64,000 nt of DNA from Lepidodermella squamata (taxonomy: Eukaryota; Animalia; Gastrotricha), in NCBI GenBank assembly GCA_047495785.1, contig JBLDXI010000025.1, positions 558,001 through 622,000 of the forward strand, read 5' to 3'. The notes beneath the pieces were generated by a model. That model was not told the DNA's origin, ran no database searches, and saw nothing but the letters and a program-made list of their open reading frames with translations. Below, piece by piece: positions 32,041 through 44,934 of the stretch. Every line of letters starts with the position of its first letter. Position 1 is the first letter of the stretch. The position numbers were made by a program, and so were the translations under genes.

Positions 32041-35000
32041 GGTTGTCTACAGGAGATTTGACGGCTTATTGGCGGATTATTAAGGCGCAGGACGGCATGC
32101 GCCTCAGCGGGCTCGAACCGCTGTTAGCCGCTTGAAAACGCGGCCATTCACAGCAGAAGCGACTTTGTGCGGGGTGTGATGGATGGGATGATAAAATGGC
32201 TAACAACTGACGCAATCGTTGTAGCTTTTATGCAGGATATCCAACTCGTAAATTCTAAACAAAGAAAATAAAATTAGACTAATGCCAATCTGGGGATAGG
32301 ATGAAATATTAGACGCGCATCTGAGAGGAAATTCAAAAGGTGAAAGGAGAGTTCTAGAGTATCTCGTCGTTCAAAGCTGCCAAATTTTTCAGGGCTTTCC
32401 ATCCCATTTAAATTTGACAATTGTGGAGCCCAATACGATTCAAAAACCAATAAAAACCGCAAGGGCTACCTCATGAATCAAACGTAGAAGCAAATGTTTT
32501 CAAGAGAACTAATTTTGAAAATATTTTCTAATTTCGCTTCGCAAAATGCATCGCGTGCTAGGTTTTGAGGATCAAAGGAACCTTAGATTTGACGTCACAC
32601 AAGAGCGCTCTTCATGCTCGAGGCCCATGTAAAACAAAAGACACAAGTAATTTCTAAATAATAAGGAAAAGTGGGCTTAGCTCTTTAATATTTTTGCTGG
32701 CCTCGATCTTTCAAGTAATGCGGAAATGGCCACTTGGGCGAAACGGCATTGCAAAAAATGTCCACTTAAAAAATTGCTCTACAGCTAAGCGAAATTGCTG
32801 GAGGATCTTTCAGATGCTGTCCCAAATGTTTAAGATGAATGAAGGCAAGCTGCGATAGGCTACACCTCACGGCAATGTCCGTGAAAATCTAATCAAGTCG
32901 AATCTCTAGAAAAATTAGGCCTAAACCATTGTATATAGGAATAATCTTGTAACTGAAAACTGCGGCGCAGAGAATGCCTCGTTGCCCAGGTCAAATTGAA
33001 TTAGGACGAAGTATTCGTCGGGCAGAAGACAGCAAATATTTACTACGCCTAATGGAATAATGCGATCTCAGCCAAAAAATCGCAGTACCCTGGCTCGCTC
33101 CAATAGAGTTGCTAAAAAAGTATTTGTTAGATATATAGCTGCTGAAAATGTCGATTGGACATGCCAAGGGCCAAATTGAGTGTTCCAGCGCTAATAATTT
33201 CCCCACATTGAATTGTTGTGGTTAGCATTGAATAAAATTGGTGGTAGAAAATCAAGTAACCAGCCATATGTTCGCAATATAAATCGGAATACACGCAAAG
33301 ACTGATAGCAGATGTCATGAGAATGATTTACATGTTTGGCATTAATTCTATTTTCGTGCGAGTTTGAAATCGAGCCAAAGAATATTCTGAACGACTGAAT
33401 CATACTGGTGCATCCGCATCAATGCACTTTCATTCAGCGAGTTTAAAATTACTACGGTTTCCTGCCCGTATTTTTCAATGGCCACTTGTTATATACCGTT
33501 TTGGTAGCCATTTATATACCTATATTAAGTACAAATACAAGTATGTCATTAAGCTTCTGTTAGAGGCTAATCCAGCTTGGTTTAACATAAGACATAGCAG
33601 CTTTCGAAATCACGGAATTGAGATTAGACTATTAGTTTATCGCCCACTCAAGTCTTATATTCTCAAAAAATGATGAGAAAAAGGCCTCTAAGGTTAAGCT
33701 TGTAGGTTGGAAAAATCATCTGATATTGAGACTAGACAATAATGGGGTGTTCGCGTGGGGAGTGCACATTCCACATTTATTTAAGGGTTCTATCACTATA
33801 TATGAGGAACAAGCGTTCGATTTTATCAAAACATGAGTTTTGAGTTTCACGTTATTCTTGGAATTCCAACAAATGCACTTCAATATTAGACGCATGCTGC
33901 TCTCTAACCTTTAAGCGGTCAGCTTACAAGGCGTATTTCAGCCGACATATATCGATTCCCTGAATCGACTTAGCAAATCAGCTATGATTCCGATCTAAGC
34001 GATCTAGGCGGCCAACATCTGTTACACGGCCTACGTTATAGATCAGAAGGCATCATTGGACGTCGAATAATCAAATGGGTAGTGATTCAGAAGATGCTCA
34101 ATACAAAAAATAACGGGTAAAAAAATTCTAACTTGATAAAACTGATCTAATTAAAAGAAAGAGAGCGCATGAGTAAATAGTAGAGGTATTAGAGATAAAT
34201 GTTGGCAAAAGATTCTAGCTTCGATCGTCGCAAACTTGAGTGTTCCGAAAATGATCGAGAGCAAGAAGGTACGTTGATCTTTCCGCTTTCCCCAAATTTA
34301 TAAATAGCTATCATGATGGTGAACACCCACTCATTCGATTTTAGTGGGACAACGGATATAGAATTTGAGGATTAACCTTGCTAATCCAGTATGGAAAGGT
34401 AAATAGAAAGTTTTCAGATTAGGCTGAAGTTTCGGGTGGCCATCCCCATTAATTACGGGATAAAGATGCGTAAGTGAATTCAGCTGATAAACTTGGGACT
34501 CAAGTTGTAAAATGCGTTTAGCTTCGAGGCCATCGGCAGGAACAATGGGAGAAATTAACTTATAAGGCGACACAGGAGTGTGTGGCCAGGCCAAAAATTT
34601 TCGCTCGACCGATATCGCCTCCGCTGGCTGATGATACAGCATTTTAATAAGTCGCTATCGCGCGGTACCACTACGTGATTTATCGCTAAAAATTGGCGTC
34701 GCACCGGCTGGCGAGCAGAGGTGACGAGAGGGACGGCTCAAAAAACGGAATGCTCAGCGAGCGAAAAATTGTCAGACGCCCGCTCGCTCGCTCATTCATA
34801 GAACGGCGCACCGAGATAGAGCTAGCTTGCTGGAGAAAAAACCGGCAGCTATTCTCGCTACAAATAATGACTATCGATCGATGATGTGCGCACTTCTGCG
34901 GAAGAACAAAAGTCAGAGTTGGATGATGATGCAGAAACGCGCGCATCCCGAAAATACGAATTACAAGCGCGACAGCTGCTGCTGCGCGGCTATGTATTTT

Positions 35001-36589
35001 CGTTATTATTGCAACGTACAACAGTAGAAATACACGACGCCGCTATTTCTGATGTTTGTGCGCCGAAAAATATGTAATTTTTTTGTGTGTGCGCGCCGTT
35101 GGGCTCGGCTCGCGAAATAAGAAAGACGCTGCCAATCGATCGATTTGTCGCGCTAGCGCCGGCGAAGTGGTCAGCAGCCAGCGAGAGGTCTAATGCGCGA
35201 TGTTCTCTCGAGCTGCAGCAAATGTGTTTACGCGCACTGTGGACAAACACGCGCGCGCGCGGCTGTGGTTCCGTTTGCGAGAATATACGAATGAATCTGC
35301 GCATTCATCGTCACACATTTGTGAATGACATCGATTTCGCCTGGCTAGCTCATTATACGGACGATTAGGCTATTGTCGTATGTTTTTCAAGAATGGGACA
35401 CAATTGAATTGCAGCGACTAAGGTCATTGCTATAACTAGGAAATCAGAACAAGAAGGATAACAGCGTGGTTTTTGGAGCAAAACATGTCTTCGTGTTAGT
35501 ATTTTTATATTTCAGACAAAAACGACACATTATATCGCCTAACACATTAAAATGAGATAGAAATGAGGTGAACGAATAAGATTAAATAGCATAATTAACT
35601 ATGCAATGCGTGGATTTCGAGTTTTATTAGTTTGGCTTTTTGGGTGCGAATGAAGATATGGCAATTAAGATCCGAATTGAGACACCTTAACCCGGTTTCA
35701 ACGGATCGCACCAAGGAATCTGCATCCAGGGCGCAATCGGCTGCAAAATAAAAATAGGAAAGTTAAGTCAGTCCGAGACCTTTTCAATTTGAAAATTCTG
35801 AGGACGGTTGACTGCGGGTCTGATCTTTCCGGAAGTCTTATCTTCTTAAGTCTTTTCTTATCATTTCAAGTCATGGAATTGATACGGGTTCCATTAATTA
35901 ATGATTAAGGGGAATCAAGTATTCTTTATCTTCCAGAACAAATATAGCGACGCTAAAGGGTAACCTCGAGCAAATCCGAAAATTCGACATCAACATTTTG
36001 GGAGTGTTCCTTTCAAATCTGTGATATCCGCGAATATTGAAAACGCCTGAGAAATGGCTTCTGACGTGTTCATAAATGAGTCTTGTTAGCTTTACAGGAG
36101 GGTTTGAATGTTACAATGACATCTGAGAAGCTCTAGACTCTAGAAAGTTGTTCAGCAGGTCGAATACTTCAGCGTTTTTGGTCAACTGTTGCCAACGATG
36201 AGAAAAGGCGCCTTGTGCTAATCCTTGATCCTGCAATGAGGCTAGGTGCGCGGCTATTATCGTCGTGAAATCTCCTGGTCGAGACCGGTTCTAACAAGAA
36301 TAATTAGAAGACATACTCAGCGTGAGTGTGTTACGGGTGACACCTGAGACATCCAGCCCAAGAAGCCACGTGATAAATTAGAGACTAGGCTGCTAAAAAA
36401 GCTCATAACATATCCCCAAAAGCAACAATTGTTTATTTCTATATTTCATTACATGTTGGGATAAGAAGCGTGATAAAATTAGGTACATGAATACTTTTAA
36501 TGGGCTGCAAAATTAACGATATTGAATTTCTTCTTCTGTCTTTATTCATAATTTATTAAGCGAGGAGAATTATCATAGTTAAACAAAAT

Positions 36590-38986
36590 ATGGAGAGCAT
36601 TATCGCCCTAATTTGTGTTTTATCAGGCTTTGTTCTTGTCGAACGAAATGACGCCTCAAAAGCTAAACTACTGCTTCCAGTCATGGTCGGCGGCGGGGAA
36701 GCAACCAACGCTACATTCTACGCTCTTGCCGACTACGTCAACAACAGATCTGACATATTGAGTGGCTTCGAAATAATTCCATACCCTTTCGAAGACGATG
36801 ATGCTTTCGTGTTGAATGTAAAAGCTCGAGAGATTCTAGAGGCTGAATTGCCTGAAGACACATTCATGTCCCCCCTATTGATCGGCCCCGATGGAGGCTG
36901 TGATTTGACAGCTGGGACGTTTCGAGGCATAAACATGGTCATGGTATGCTAAAACAAGTTATCTTAATAGCATAATTTGACTTTATTCCACTTTCAGGTC
37001 ACTCATAATTGTGCCGGACCTTATGTCAACTCGCGGCGTTCTAGATTTTTCAACAACTTGTACTCAACCCTCGGCTCACAGGACGCTTACAAATATGCCG
37101 TGCTCGAGGCCGTCCGAAGCCTGGGCAAGTGGCGCCAGGTCGGTATTTTCTACTCGTGGTGGCTTCGTGAGAATGCGATGGCTGCTCGCAATCTGTTCAG
37201 CGTCTTAACCAGCAATGCAATAACGGTTAAAGAGTTTGTAGCTGTTGAAAGATTCGACCTCGCAAGTGATGACGATTTTAAGGCACTTCTCGATGTCCGC
37301 ATAGTAATCTTCTATCCACAAGGTGCGAAAGAATGCCTGTATTTCCTGTGCCGGGCCTATTCTTTAGGAATTCGAGCACCGCATTACCATTTTATAACAG
37401 CCATTCCTGCTTGTCTGACGATAGGCATTGAGCAGGGAATTCCAGGTTGTAGCCGTGAAGTTTCCAACCTGCAACTCTCTGCCACGTTTTTCGTCGGAAT
37501 TCCTCCCATCCCGTTTTCGTTCCCCGATCAATCGAGTTTGGGGCTTACCCGAGAAACCTTTGACCAACTCCTAGATGATAAGCTATCAATCTATCCGTAT
37601 CAGGTTTTCGACTATTCTGTTCGCTATGCCTGCCATGATGCAATGATGGCGGCAGTAATGGTCCTTAATCGCACAGAATCAACGTTGAGGACAGAATACA
37701 ACTTTTCGCTAAGTGACTACGCAGATCCAAGTAGGAAAAGTATTGTGTACAAAATTGCGAATCGAAGTGCAGCTCAGATGGATTTGGTCGGCTTTAGAAA
37801 CCCTAGAATTCAAAGGGACCAACATGGCGAAATGTTCCAAGACATTTCAATAATGCAACCTTATAATTCGAAGCCTCGATTAGTCGCTCACGTTGCTTAC
37901 GGCGACGATTTGGAGTCGTTTTCTTTCAAACTCGACGCGCCGCCAATCTGGGCTACTCGTAGCGGAGAAGCTCCGAAGGATTTATCAATCATAGAAAGGA
38001 GAATCGGGTATTGTGGCGAGGGTATAAATGCGTCAGTAGCCTGTTTGTCTGCGTTTCTTTGCCTAATCCAAGCATTGCTGATGAGATCCGCAGTAAACTT
38101 CAAAGCGGAAATATTCTGGAAAAACTGGAAGAAATATGTAGTTTTCTTAGCGTGTCTTTCTATGAATGGATCAGCGGTTTTCCTAACTGTTGGCCACGAT
38201 TATGCGCCAGTTTCTGAATGCAAATGGCGACCATTTCTATCGGGCACGGTTTTTAGCATCTTTAATAGCTTAATTTTCAGTCAGCTAATGGTCTACAGCA
38301 TGTTCGTCCGGGTAAGGACCTACCGCGTCTATAATAGAGGTATTCGTTACATTAACAATTTCGCGAACTTGAAGATACACGTTCGAGTTCGACCGAGTTA
38401 CCAACATAATGAAACTACAGGTATAGTCATTCAAAGGCGCGTTTCCATCCTCCAAAGCAATATGTATCAAAACGAGTTGCAAATGATACAAAGTCTTGGC
38501 GTGGTCCTGGGCATCAATGTGATAGCCCTATTTTTATGGATTATCAAAGAACCGATGCGGTTAATGCTCTTCAAAAGTCCCGTTACTTTTGACGACGTGA
38601 CCGACACGTATTTTCAACTCGATGTCATGTTTTGTAGCTCTGAAAATCTCAGCTACTCGCTAGGTGCTATTCTTACTTTTAACTTAGCACTTCTACTACT
38701 AGCGAATATGTTCTCGCTTGATCTTAGGCGACGAACTATGCCTAATGAATTTGCGCTCAGTTGTAAGCTAATCAGATTAGCTGCTGTGAATGCACTGACG
38801 CTGCTAGCTGCCGGGGTGGTTGTACTAGTCTCGATTGCGACGTCCAACAAGCCGTGCGTGGTCAACGCAGGATTAGCTTTCATCGAACTCATTTATTCCG
38901 GATTCATGAGCTGCATTTTGTTGTTGCCTGTTACTGTGAAGGCAGTGAAGCTAGACGCTGTTGTCAGCTCAGGGAATGATTGCTAG
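36590..38986 (+). CDS. Class C GPCR, GABA-B-like (Venus flytrap + 7TM, no Cys-rich domain), copy 1, ~780 aa; exons 36590-36943, 36998-38986
   Basis: Signal peptide, VNNRSDILSGF, LIGP..C, W.QVGIFY, then seven hydrophobic segments with TM3 Cys, W..EP and an ECL2 Cys. 54 nt phase-0 intron. Confidence 0.88.
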
Positions 38987-39184
38987 CTATGGATTCCTTT
39001 GTGCTTAAGAATAAGTGAGAACTAGTGTCTATTGCAACGGCCGAACGATAACAATTGATTAGTCGGACTATCCACTTCCGAAGATTGTGAAAAACACTGG
39101 AATAAAACCAAATAGCAGGCAAACAAGGCAATCCAAGTAGTAGAGAAATGACGATTCGTGCAGCTGAGTGGCTTCTTTGATATG

Positions 39185-42001
39185 TGAAGGGTTGATATCC
39201 CCGACCTGGTTCGGGGGTAGAGCAGCAATTAGACTGAATGTGCTGATACAAAAGGCAGTTTAGTAAAGCAGGTCAACTCGAATGATTTATTATTATTATT
39301 GGATTGCTTTTATAGCCATTAAGGCGCGAAATAAATAATTAAATAATTACATAATAATGAAAGGCGACACGCGCTATTACTGACACGAGCGCTGAGCTGG
39401 AAATTAATGATGAAACGGGCAGAGAGCACCTAACGACCCTCTCATATGCCCCTTTCCCCACAAGAAAACGTCTTACGTTTTTATCAAAACGATAGATCAC
39501 GGAGAAAATAGATTGTAATATTCATAAACAGTTAAGAATGATATGAGATATCAACGGAGATCAGCTTCAGCTGAGGTAGCTATCGATTAGTTAGTCAGAC
39601 CGCCGTCGTATGCAACTGTTCGAGTTCCTTGCCGAGTTTGATCGAGTTTGATCGATGCTTGTCGTCAGCTTGAACGGGAACGGGAACGGCGAACGGCCCC
39701 GGCGAACGGCCCCGGCGAACGGCTTGACGGGTGGGTTGACGGTGACGTAGCAGCAATGGGAAGCTATCCGAGACTTTTAGCTTTCAAACAAGATTTTTGA
39801 CCTTTGCGCGATGCAACATCGAATTCACACACCACACAGGCTGGTGTCGCATGCAGACATCATTTCTGTATCAACCATGCACGTTCTTAACTGCGATACC
39901 ACAACAGATTCACTCTGTTAGCAGCCATCGCCACATCCTTATAACACCTATGATGACGGAGCTACTGCCCCAACAGATTCCTTTCTGTCAGCTGTCATCA
40001 GACTTTCTCACTTCAACAAGTGAGACGATTTCATTTCTTCCACTTTCCTGGGCAAATGACACGAGAGCATTTTGGTAGTTACGAAGATCTAGCCTTGTTA
40101 CTCCGTTGCCATCAAGAGAAGGAGTTGAACCATGAAATATCTAAAGCCTTAACTCGCCTAACTAAGAGCTCACATAGCCCAAACACACTTCACTTTTCAA
40201 ATTTCACTTTTCACATTTCACATTTCACATTTCATTGCAAACCTCAGTCTCAGCGAGACATATCTGAAATTTCTGATAGGTACGAAGGTCTATGCAGTTT
40301 CAGCTGTCGTCGCCAAGTCTAGGCTCATATTCGGCTCCCTGGTACCAAAGGGTTGGCCGAATATCTAGGTCAAACAATCCTTTACAACGCTCATATTATA
40401 GCTTTTATCTCTTTCAAATTCTTCACACGATTTTTCACACACTCTCGTATCGCATCTGTCATGAGCTGTTAGCTTCATGAGTGAGTTCACATGACAGTTT
40501 TCGACCGTATTGCCATTAATGTTAAAGTTCTTGAGCATTGGCCGTGTTGAAGTTATGAGCCATGTTCATCCACTGATGATTCTAAGAGTCAAATCGCGTC
40601 AAAAAAAATTACAGTCATCGGACTTCAGATATTTTCCTTTAAGCGAGATTGATTTTTACCTCCAAGGTTATTTTTTTCGTTTATTCACGATAAAAAACTG
40701 GGTTTTTCGAGTTCAATAAAAAGGAAATTCGATTAAAGAAAATAGTTTAACAATATTATGAATGAATTTACGACGCGTGCCAAATGAAAATTGCACTGCC
40801 ATCGACGGCGAAAGATTGAATATTTACACTAGTTTTTTTTTACGAGAATGGTTTTATTTACATCGTCGATTCGAAGCGCTAATACGCTTCCGCCTCGGAG
40901 CCCACTGATTTCTTTTGATAACGGCAGAAAATGTTATCATTTGTCACTCTGTTGACTTTCAGTATTTCCATTTGCGAGATGAATAGGGTCAGCTGCTTTT
41001 ACCAGCTCTTTTATGGAGACTTGAACAACGTGTGGGTTTATGTGAACGGCGTTTGGTTTTACTTCCGGATTAGCCATTTTCTCACCATCGGAATCAATAT
41101 TGTCCCGGTTCATCGACCCAGACTTTTCATAGCTGGTCAAGTCAACTTCATTCATTTCAAGTCAACCGAAGTGCTTTCACAGATAATCCAGATGATTTAC
41201 AGAAGATGGTTATCACGACTTTTGAGCCTTCTGAAATAGATTTATCTTTTTCGAGAAAGCTTGTTAAAATTATTTGCATGTCGAGTGATAGTTTCTACCA
41301 AAATTGCTTCGGAGGCTAGCTGCTCTATATGGCACCAGACTCAACAATTTTGAGACTAGCTAAGAGAAGAGTTAACATGTTTTTAAATTTGGTGACATAA
41401 TTTACAAGCGAAAAGCAACAAAAAGCGGAAAGTCAGTGAAACAGACAGCCTTTAGTTTATAGGCAAATACAATCGAGGGACTGGAATTTCCTTCAGTCCT
41501 AGAGCTTTAAATTTGGCTGGATTGGCCTCTATTGAAAGAGAATAGTAAAATGGGCTGGAATTTCCTTCAGCCTTGAAATATCTGCTGGAATGACCTTAAG
41601 CTTTACTTGACTGGAATGGCCTTCAGTCTCTATTATTTATCGACTGGAATTTCCTTCAGTCGCTAACAGCTTACCACTGTTAGAAAAACGTACCTGGTGA
41701 TGATGGGGTCGATCGTTGATCGAGCGGAGTCTCAGCGCCACTGAAGGGTTGATATCCCCGACCTGGTTCGGGGGTAGAGCAGCAATTAGACTGAATGTGC
41801 TGATACAAAAGGCAGTTTAGTAAAGCAGGTCAACTCGAATGATTTATTATTATTATTGGATTGCTTTTATAGCCATTAAGGCGCGAAATAAATAATTAAA
41901 TAATTACATAATAATGAAAGGCGACACGCGCTATTACTGACACGAGCGCTGAGCTGGAAATTAATGATGAAACGGGCAGAGAGCACCTAACGACCCTCTC
42001 A
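39185..42001 (-). mobile_element. Non-autonomous LTR retroelement with 260 bp LTRs (39185-39444, 41742-42001) and 5 bp TSD ATATG
   Basis: The two LTRs look identical and run TG..CA. ATATG lies at 39180-39184 and 42002-42006. On the minus strand, PBS TGGCGCTGAG follows the 5' LTR and PPT GGGGAAAGGGGCATA precedes the 3' LTR. The 2.3 kb interior has no long ORF. Confidence 0.93.
41478..41662 (-). repeat. Array of 5-6 ~22 nt hairpin repeats in the LTR element leader
   Basis: Minus-strand units of the form (G)GACTGAAGGAAATTCCAGTC(C), separated by variable spacers. Confidence 0.85.
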
Positions 42002-42470
42002 ATATGCCTCCCCAATAGTGTAGTCCTTGCACTGTCTAAGACAAGCGCGTGTCCCCGTTGTGCCGGCGCCTTATTTGTCATGTCTGTTTGTTGTCGATAT
42101 CAGGGGACTGAAGCAGCAATTCGGGCTAGCCGCTGAAACTTGGCGTTCATAAGTTTAACGTGTTCCTATAAAATTGGGTGCGGCGAGTTCAGTTTTGAAC
42201 GATTAACGAGTTTTGTATCATTGATTTTACCCTTATTTTCATATTTTCTTATTTTCTATTTTCGCGCAATTCTACATTTTAATTATGTACACTTTAGGCA
42301 CAAATTCCCCTTAAATAGAATTTAATACTGTTAGCTAGCAGACAAGCATACATTAGTTTCTTTATCAAAGCCTTAGTCCTAGATAGTTCTGTGATGAATA
42401 ATACTTGAATGAATTATAAACGACAATTCAAGACCTGCTGCTTGTGACAACAAGATTGTTGAATTGTAAT

Positions 42471-42625
42471 ATATTTGTATGATATAGCTCGAGTAAAGAG
42501 TCTATATCTGAACGGAGCCGGCCGTGATTTACGAATCGGAACGAGTCGCAGACGAGTGGAGATGTGTAAATCGAGTACGGCGAGTTCAGATATAGACGAT
42601 TTACGAGTGCTGTATCAAAAAATAT
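42471..42625. repeat. Diverged single arm of the palindromic repeat family also seen at 59589-61185
   Basis: ATATTTGTATGATATAGCTCGAGTAAA..TAAATCGAGTACGGCGAGTTCAGATATAGACGATTTACGA aligns with 60832-60990. Confidence 0.8.
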
Positions 42626-44934
42626 TGCATGAGCACATCTACTAACACTATATTTTTGAAACGAATGCCATATTTTAATCGACCGGTCACTCACTTCGAT
42701 CACGCATTTCTTGGTATTTTAGCAGCAAAATGCTGCGTCATGGAGTTCTTTTTCTGCAGAAAAAACTGGGCGGGCTTTATAAATACCATCGCTAATTTGC
42801 CGAATTTCATTATCAACATTTTCTTTTCATCAGCTTTATTCTCATTCTCAAGTGAAATGGCTGCGGATAATTTCTCCCTGCCCAGGCGGTTTCATGGTGA
42901 TCATTTCAGCCATCGTGGCACAAGACCCTTGTAAGTTGAATTTTACAGGCTGATGCTGGCTATTGCTCTTGACTACAAATTTAATCGATTTTCACTTTCA
43001 GCTGGCTACAAGTCTAATCCAAAAGTTGCTACGAAAAAGTAGGCAAATACGAAAACACTGTTGGCGGCACGCGGAATAAGATTAAAAGCGCCCAGGAGAG
43101 CGCTGACATTTGCAACACAATCAAGCAATGTCGCGCTATCGCGTACTTCGGCATATCCCTTAACTGTGTTATGGTTAACAATTGCGCCAACAAGGCCAAC
43201 CTCGCTTTCGGAGAAGCGGCTTTCGTGAAGAACTGATGTGATGCAGAGCAGTATTCGCGCTGAGAGAAGTATATTCAGATGCAGAATGCAGAAGTAGCTA
43301 TATTCACTTTATGAAGCCATGATGTAACATTTCGTCAACATTCATTCGTCAATTCATAGCTTTGTTGTTCTTGGCTGCTTCGGAGTGGAGAATGAAGGAA
43401 ATCAAGGCTTCTAAGTAACATACTGCATTTTCGATCAAACTTCGATGAAATGTAGATGCCAGCACATTTTCAAGGCGCCAATTCACTTTCGGCGTAAAAT
43501 CTGCCAATTCAAAGCTTGCCCTTTGATAACAGTACGCAGTACAAAATGAATTTGATTACAGCACGAAATACCACGACTGCTATCGTGAGAAGAAACGAGC
43601 CTGCTAGAACCCTATCGCAGTGAACAGTGAACAGGTTGCCGAAGAAAGCGGATCTCGTGGCCTTAGCAGTTCTCGTGGCCGCGGCAGTTTGGTTAAGCCC
43701 CCTTCGGGGATATCGACTCAAGTTGCAATAGGACTCTAGAAAACGGCCTATGAAACTAGCGCTCGTTTGATTTCTACCGCTTGTACACTACATTTTGTTG
43801 TTGTACAAATCGCTTGAGCAAATGGCATGAGGCTATCGGCTATCCCTATCGCAGCATTTCTGCAATTCTTCTGGCGCAATACGCAAGATTAAATTAACGA
43901 CAGCGTTAAGCACGGCTTTGATCGATTCATAAATTCAACACTGCAGCCGCTTGAATTAGCAGAGTTACGTCGCGGTCGTTGAGATCACGATGTTCTGCGA
44001 TTAAGCAGTATTTTGGATATGATGGTGAATTCGCCGTATGCCGGATTTATGTCAAGTTCAAGTCCAGTTCGAACTCGGACTCTTGACAATATTAATCCCT
44101 ATTATTTAGTGACGTTAATGACATTCGACCTTTTACGCCGATTCTGAATATCTAATTTGTTTCCAGAGTTCCTGGCACAGTAATTACTATCAACTAGGGA
44201 TCACGCTATATTGATCCAGTTCCTCAAATAAAGGCACATTCTACATTCCATTGGCTTTCAGGAGAAGCTCGATACGCATAGCGGGCAAGCTGCGATGCCT
44301 TGCAACTCAGCAAATTTAATCTATACTAGCTTTGCGCTTTTCTTGCACCCCACGTTGTACTGATTTCACTTGCGAATCTCTTGTCACGTGATCGGAGACG
44401 GCGGGTGGTGCCCACGAAATAATCTGTCAACTCCGAAAAATGAGATTCGTCACCATGTTTCGATTCACCATGTTAAAAAATAAGCGCATGGCTTGGAAAA
44501 ATTGCTTTTAGGAGATTGCTTTTCTGAGTGCACTTGCTATCGACGGCTATCATTCAATTTCAATAGCGCTCGTAAACACAGCTTCAGATATTTCAATTAA
44601 CAACCTTATTCGAGACAAGCATTCAGAATCTGTGTCGAGTGACATGCAATAAAGCAGCAGCAAGATCTTCCATGTAACTTGATAATCGAGTCGATGGGAG
44701 ATTTCGAGAATTCGACAATTTAACAGCCACAGCCATCTGACATCAGTTTTGATTCTAAGAAGGCGAGGCGGCTAGCCGGATTAAATTAGCTACCCAACTA
44801 TTTAGGTTGGGTTCATAATTAACTCTATTCAACTTCTCTTACCGTCACTGAGGAATTGCTGCATCGAGGCTCAGCATTTTACCACCTCACGCGAAGTTGA
44901 GACAATATCAGGGGTTATATTAGATATCTTCGAA

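Noticed and set aside
34331-35368. Cluster of overlapping 60-110 aa ORFs in CpG-rich sequence
   Set aside because: No protein-like signal. More likely regulatory or 5' UTR sequence upstream of the K2P gene, but unsupported.
41478-41662. Repeat-spacer array superficially like CRISPR
   Set aside because: Eukaryotic context, degenerate repeats, short irregular spacers, no cas genes, and it lies inside an LTR element.
41731-41741. PBS primed by the tRNA-Leu(AAG) in this window
   Set aside because: That tRNA would require TGGTGGCAGCG, but the PBS reads TGGCGCTGAG.
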